The notes beneath the pieces were generated by a model. It was given only the letters and a program-made list of their open reading frames with translations. It did no database searches and was not told where the DNA came from. A stretch of DNA of 64,000 bases from Asterias rubens (taxonomy: Eukaryota): positions 19,468,001 to 19,532,000 of the forward strand of contig NC_047069.1 of assembly GCF_902459465.1 (NCBI RefSeq), written 5' to 3'. The position numbers and the translations under genes are program-made. The number at the start of each line of letters is the position of its first letter. The first letter of the stretch is position 1. Shown piece after piece: positions 59,101 through 64,000 of this stretch.

Positions 59101-60922
59101 GGTATAATCATAATCAATAGTTCCAAATCCTAGTAAAATGACAATGGATAATAAACATGGCAAGGCATGCAAAGCTAGGAAATTCTCAATATTGAAGGCT
59201 AAATGTAATAAATTTCTGTGATTGTCAAATTGAGATTTGGTTCAATTAACTCAAAGTTTGAAGACTACAGCAACGTTTTTTAAAACATTCAGAAAATGTG
59301 TCACACTTAAAAACATCGACCAGATCAAACAAAAACACAATTAAAATTAAAGAAAAAAGTTAACCATAATTTCGAGAGAAAAAGCTAGAGTATTTTTCTA
59401 CACTGGTAGCTTTTGTTTTTATGTGACTAATATTGAGAAAAAAAGTCTACACCATAATTTCGGAAAATAAGCTAGTATGTGCTCAGAGAGCATGCAGCGG
59501 TATATACTATTTTCACTCATTGTGACCGAAAACAAAGTTATCGGTTGTGTAAAGGAGGGCAAACACTGTTTGCCGAAAAAGGCCAAAGCTAAAAGGTGAC
59601 GGTCAAAATGCATTTTTTTTTTTTTTTTTTTTTTTTTACCGAAATAAAGAAGACTGGAGACAATAAACAATTTAAATACTACAAGAGAAACATACCATTA
59701 CATGTATCTCCCTGCAGCCCGTCCGGACACTGGCACCTGAACCCATTCGGGTAGCATTCCTCCGTGCAGATGTTTCCAGAGAGGCAGGGATCGTCATCAC
59801 ATGGGTGTTGCTCTCCCTGTGTTGGAAAGAAGACAATCATTTCTGAGATGCTTTCTTGGACAAAATGGACGGTCGGTCCTTCCCTTCTAATTTGTTTTAA
59901 CAGGGTTACCAATAGTTTGTCAATAGACTGTAAATTGGGCGTTAGGACCTTGACACACGAGGCAACTTTTGTAGGCGACTTGGAGGCAACAGTGTGACTA
60001 TTACAATATACCACTTTGGTAATTCGTAAAAAAAATTCAAACAATGTCTTACGATTCCCAATAAACTGAACATTCAAATGGGAATCTCTTTTCTTCTTGG
60101 AGATTGCCTGAAACTTCTTGGAGATTGCCCGAGGACCATAATGTCCTTTAATATTAAAAAAGTCGCAGCATCCAGGGGGCGAGGGGAATGAAAAAGATAA
60201 TGTCACCGATGCAATAGTTACGGAGCGTTCAAGGGACACTGGAGAGAAAGCCAATGTAATAATTATGACTTAGGCCTACATCTCGTAATTATGACTTGGT
60301 ACAACTCATAGTTTACATATTATCTCATATACTATGACATCTATTAAACGACATACAGCACATGTCTTAATTAGACCTATTATGCTTACTGGTATATTAT
60401 GTGATGTAATTCACCATGACTTGGATGAGATACAAATCAATCATAAAACAGAAACATGAATAAGATTGTACGTCTAACAGCTATAAGAAGATTTTTCAGT
60501 ACCGACGCGTCGGTACTCTGGAAAAATGTGTTATAAACTTTTGATAAATTAAAGAAAAAGTAGGGCCTACTCACAACTTTTGGATCGACACTATCAGCAA
60601 ACACAAATCCAAACTTCGGCCGTAAAAACGGCAGCGCACCATAATCAAAGAAGCTACAAGTTTTGTTCTCCATGTCGTACTCAAAAGACAGACAATCGTC
60701 TTCCATGAGGCATCTTATCCCACATTCTGCTCGGTTATACGCCGATGTGTTGAGGAAGGCACCAAGGCCTCCGACTCCGCAGTCTTCGAAGCGGGCCGTC
60801 TCCATGAACCCGTACTCTTGCGATATACCCCGGGTGATTGTTGTACCTCCTTCGACAGGGTGAGGAGATTGCATCGACACAAAGAGGAGAAGGAAAAGAT
60901 AAGAAGCGCTTTCCATGGTCAT
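50132..60922 (-). CDS. Uncharacterised secreted mosaic glycoprotein, ~907 aa: signal peptide, PAN/apple, EGF, TSP1, WSC, WSC, Mucin2-type WxxW, WSC, discoidin (F5/8C)-like
   Basis: Minus-strand exons 60922-60575, 59816-59696, 58520-58341, 57242-57108, 56168-56028, 55892-55494, 54463-54243, 53744-53240, 52595-52329, 51924-51722, 50682-50551, 50203-50132; all GT-AG and phase-compatible, 2724 nt in total. Motifs: CGIRCLMEDDCLSFEY (PAN), PCDDDPC..FRCQCPDG..C (EGF), DGGFSRWGNWSEC (TSP1), YVGCY..CMDIC..CGG (WSC), WSEWFNFDSP..GNDIE (WxxW). The last exon is the least certain. Confidence 0.85.
50725..51049. mobile_element. TTAA-flanked Kolobok-like MITE (fourth family); partial copies at 49268-49540 and 19100-19215
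   Basis: TTAA-AGGAACACGTTGCCTTGGATC..GATCCAAGGCAACGTGTTCCT-TTTA. Confidence 0.8.
53035..53208. mobile_element. Palindromic MITE
   Basis: GTCACAAAGGCCCCGATAACGAGAA / TTCTCATTATCAGGGCCTGTGTGAC inverted ends. Confidence 0.65.
54880..55440 (+). repeat. Intronic telomere-like (TTAGGG/TTAGGA) minisatellite, ~9 units of ~49-55 bp
   Basis: GGGTTAGGGCTACTGTTAGAG(A/T)..AGGGTTAGG(G/A)TTAGGATTAGGAAATA repeated. Confidence 0.92.
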
Positions 60923-61876
60923 GATGTGATTATCGAAGTCTTTCATGTGAAATTTTCTCTTCATGTACGGCAGACTTTCTAAGATGCAGGAGTCACTTTA
61001 CTCGCCGGAAAAAAACCTCCTTCGAGCAAAGCCTATAAAGCTACATCTGTTGCTAGTGATGAAAGTGAAGTCAGTGTTGTCGACTAGGACACAACTAGCT
61101 TTGTACAATTCATCAAAACAAGTTTTCTGTCTTACTCTGCCAACGATTATTGTCGTTTTGTTTTGAGGAACAATTTTACGTCAGCTTAGTAAATCGTCAC
61201 CCTCGTCGGGCTGCCGAACCAAGTGTGTTGTGCGTAACATGAAGACAGTTTTAGCCAAAATAGAGATCTAAAAATCGATCGAAATTCACTACCGAACCCT
61301 AGTTTTAGCTTGGTAAAAGCTTTGGTGTTCAAGTAAACAAAAATTCACAGTGTCTAAGAAAACTGACCACAGCATTACCAGGCTAACAGATTGATCGATC
61401 GACGAAGTTGCAGTCGATACTAGATGAGCACAATCGATACTTCAGACTTTCTACCCAAGCAAGCTCATCACCTCAACAAAATAGCATCATCTCAGAAATC
61501 TTATAAATTAGCTTGAATAACTAAAATTTGCCAGTAATTGTCATACTGAATTGTTGGAGGAACATGAACTAAAAATGAGGAATAAATAAATTTAACAATG
61601 ATGAATACATGAAATCTAAGTAATGAGACTTGTACCAAGCGCCACAACCATGACTTATTAATGAGTTTATTTTGGGCAGTGAGAGGTTTTTATTGATCCC
61701 CCCTACCCCCCCCCCCCCCCGCACACACACCCCATACCGACAACTGCGATTGCATTCTACTGCCAATGTTGTTTTAAAAGTTGCCTTATTGCCCCCTATG
61801 TGTGAAAACGGTATTCCTAAAGACCATGTAACACTGCTCTTTTATTAAGCTCTTGTTTAAAACTCGAACTTGTTTA

Positions 61877-62019
61877 TGACGTCACTGAAACTTTTGATCG
61901 ATTACGTAATAGTCTGCGCAATTCGGCCAACCAAAAAAAAACCACACTCACACACACGCAAACGCACACCATAACTTGTAAGAGCACGCCCTCACTTGGT
62001 TTGTTTTTGCCAATCCAAC
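61877..62019 (+). promoter_or_regulatory. Putative proximal promoter of the aminotransferase gene (CRE palindrome, CCAAT)
   Basis: TGACGTCA at 61877-61884 and CCAAT at 62010-62014. The region lies between two divergent genes. Confidence 0.35.
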
Positions 62020-63790
62020 ATGGCGACCTCCATGGGAGAAGTGAAATGTGCATTGACTTCACAGAAAGATGGTGTAAAACCTATCAATTCTTTACATCAT
62101 GGGGACAGAAAATTCTACAGATTACCACAAGAATCACAACCACGGATCGGCGCTAAGAAAAACCAGATTAAGAGCGACAATATGGACAATTTCATGTCAT
62201 ACATCGACCATAATGTGATTGGACGAGACACGATTTTTTATGGGCCATTCGGGCAGCGGCAAGGTAAGACAATTTTGTACAACACAACTTGTCAAGACTG
62301 GGACTCGATCAAAATAACCTTTGGAAAAGTTTCGGAAAAGTTTCCGTATGGCGCCACCACTTTTTCATTCGATATGAAATAATATAGGAACTTATTTACC
62401 TGAATGATATATTCCTTTTTGTAAATTTGTGAATTTTTAACCAGAAAAAACTTCACTTGCACGAAAAGCGGTCGGATGCCATCTTGGCTTAAAAACCGTG
62501 TTTGGACCAGACCATTATGATACGGGTAGATTTAGCACTTGTCAACAACAGAGGGCGGGCTTCATGTGAAGACCTTCACTGCAGTGTGCACAGTGCGTGA
62601 CGCCCGCCCTCTATTGCCAAGTCTGACTCACCCGCATCATAATGGACTGGTCCGAACAAGATTTTAAGCCAAGATGGCGTCCGACCGTTTTCCGTGAACG
62701 TTCAGTTTTTTTTCTGGTTAAAATTTCACACTTTTCGTGAAGTTTTTCCATTAAATTTATGTTTATATTACAGAACACATATAGTTCTAATACATCTATG
62801 GTATATTGGCAATTTTCGAGGTAATTAAAACTTGTTGGCGGCGAGTTGTCGGCGCTCTGGACTTGTTGTCGGCGTTGTCGGCGAGTTGTCGGCTTTTAGT
62901 AGGACCCCCTATTTAGTATACTTAGTTACTGAATCACAATTTCTTAATTTTGTGTAATTCATAATCATGTATATAAAACATTGTTTGTATGAGAAAGATT
63001 GGTTGTTGCTACTACCAGATTCCTTAGAACTATTTCATTCAGTTTCTTCCGGCTATATCGTCTCTCGTTACAGGAGACGATAGCCGGACGAAACTGAAAT
63101 AGTTCCAGGAGTAGGTGGTTGCCAGCTTGGTGTTTATATCCCCTTGTGGGAGTTTGCCGAGTTCCCTTGATGGGAAGATCATCTAAACAAACAAACAAAC
63201 AAAGAAATGAATGTATGAACTTACCATTTTCTTTTTAGGAAACAAGCAAGAACAACATTAATATTTTTTAGTTTTGAATTAAGAAGAACCGGCCAACTCT
63301 GGTCAACCCAAAAAGACCTCTGCCTAAACTGTTATGTTGACACTGCAGCCATTTGCTTGGGAAAACAGCACATGGAAAACATAAACCCACCCCCCCGCCC
63401 CCCAAAAAAAAATTTAAAAAAATAAAATAAAAAATAAAATAAATAAATATACATAAATAATCCCTTACAATTATTGAAGTTTTTGGGTACATTTTTGTAT
63501 AGAAGCACTGTAGTGTAAACTCAGTACTTTCATAACACACTTTGGTGTAGGGCCCCCCCCCCCCCAAAAAAAAAACCCCAAGTATATTCTTTATCCTAGT
63601 ATACATCTATTGGAAAAACGCAAGAAAAAAAACCTTCCCCAATAAACCTCAGCCCCCCCCCCCCACCTCAATTAAAAACAAATTAAAACAACAAAATGTA
63701 CTAAAACAAACAATGAAAGACTTTTGAAACAGCTAACGTTTTCTATTTTGTTATTGCAGTTGTGTATTGTGACTACACAGCATCAGGAAG
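62020..63790 (+). CDS. Class-V PLP-dependent aminotransferase / cysteine-desulfurase-like protein; first two exons (62020-62263, 63760-63790), continuing beyond the window
   Basis: Spliced peptide ..YIDHNVIGRDTIFYGPFGQRQ|VVYCDYTASGR. The GPFG..VYCDYTASG motif is characteristic of this subfamily (from recall). Junction CAAG|GTAAG..TTGCAG|TT is phase 1. Confidence 0.85.
62381..62790. mobile_element. Fold-back element in intron 1 of the aminotransferase gene
   Basis: GAATTTTTAACCAGAAAAAA..GGTCGGATGCCATCTTGGCTTAAAA..TTTGGACCAGACCATTATGAT mirrored by ATCATAATGGACTGGTCCGAA..TTTTAAGCCAAGATGGCGTCCGACC..TTTTTTCTGGTTAAAATTT. Confidence 0.8.
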
Positions 63791-64000
63791 GTAAGTATTT
63801 GGATTGATCGTAATAATTATTCTATTTTTATTAATTTATTTATAAATAAAAATTTCATTAGATTTTAGCAGATGCATGGATCTTTGGATGGACGGATCTT
63901 CACTCTTGGATAAATGGGTGCCATTTAGAAACTTGAATCCATCAGTGCCCGCCAGTTTCTTGAAGGGTTTAGACTAATTGACCATAGGAATGAAAACTAA

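Overview
Eukaryotic, AT-rich, intron-rich DNA from an invertebrate deuterostome. The repeat families and gene structures suggest an echinoderm, probably a sea star (inference). Five protein-coding loci were reconstructed by hand from splice sites and reading frames: (1) the last two exons of a histamine N-methyltransferase-like gene (+, 10057-11296; first exon not found); (2) complete 14-exon BBS7 (+, 20935-32638); (3) complete 10-coding-exon ZNF330/NOA36 (+, 37071-47070); (4) an unnamed ~907-aa secreted mosaic protein (-, 60922-50132; signal peptide, PAN, EGF, TSP1, WSC, WSC, WxxW, WSC, discoidin-like); (5) the first two exons of a class-V PLP aminotransferase/cysteine-desulfurase-like gene (+, from 62020). 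The rest is mostly transposon-derived: decayed L2-like and RTE LINEs, a ~22-unit ~208-bp satellite that appears to sit inside a Helentron/DINE-type element, an I-group LINE 3' end, many TTAA-flanked (Kolobok-like), CWG-flanked (Harbinger-like) and 9-bp-TSD (Mutator-like) MITEs, and tRNA-derived SINEs. No CRISPR array and no intact tRNA or rRNA gene were found. The most unusual observations are the mosaic protein with large glycosylation-rich loops inserted inside its domains, a 5S-derived Pol III cassette inside a repeat, minimal hammerhead-ribozyme-like motifs in fold-back repeats, a Mutator-like insertion at the probable ZNF330 promoter, and a U12-type splice signature overlapping a U2 donor in ZNF330. 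All family assignments come from recalled motifs; no database search was run.
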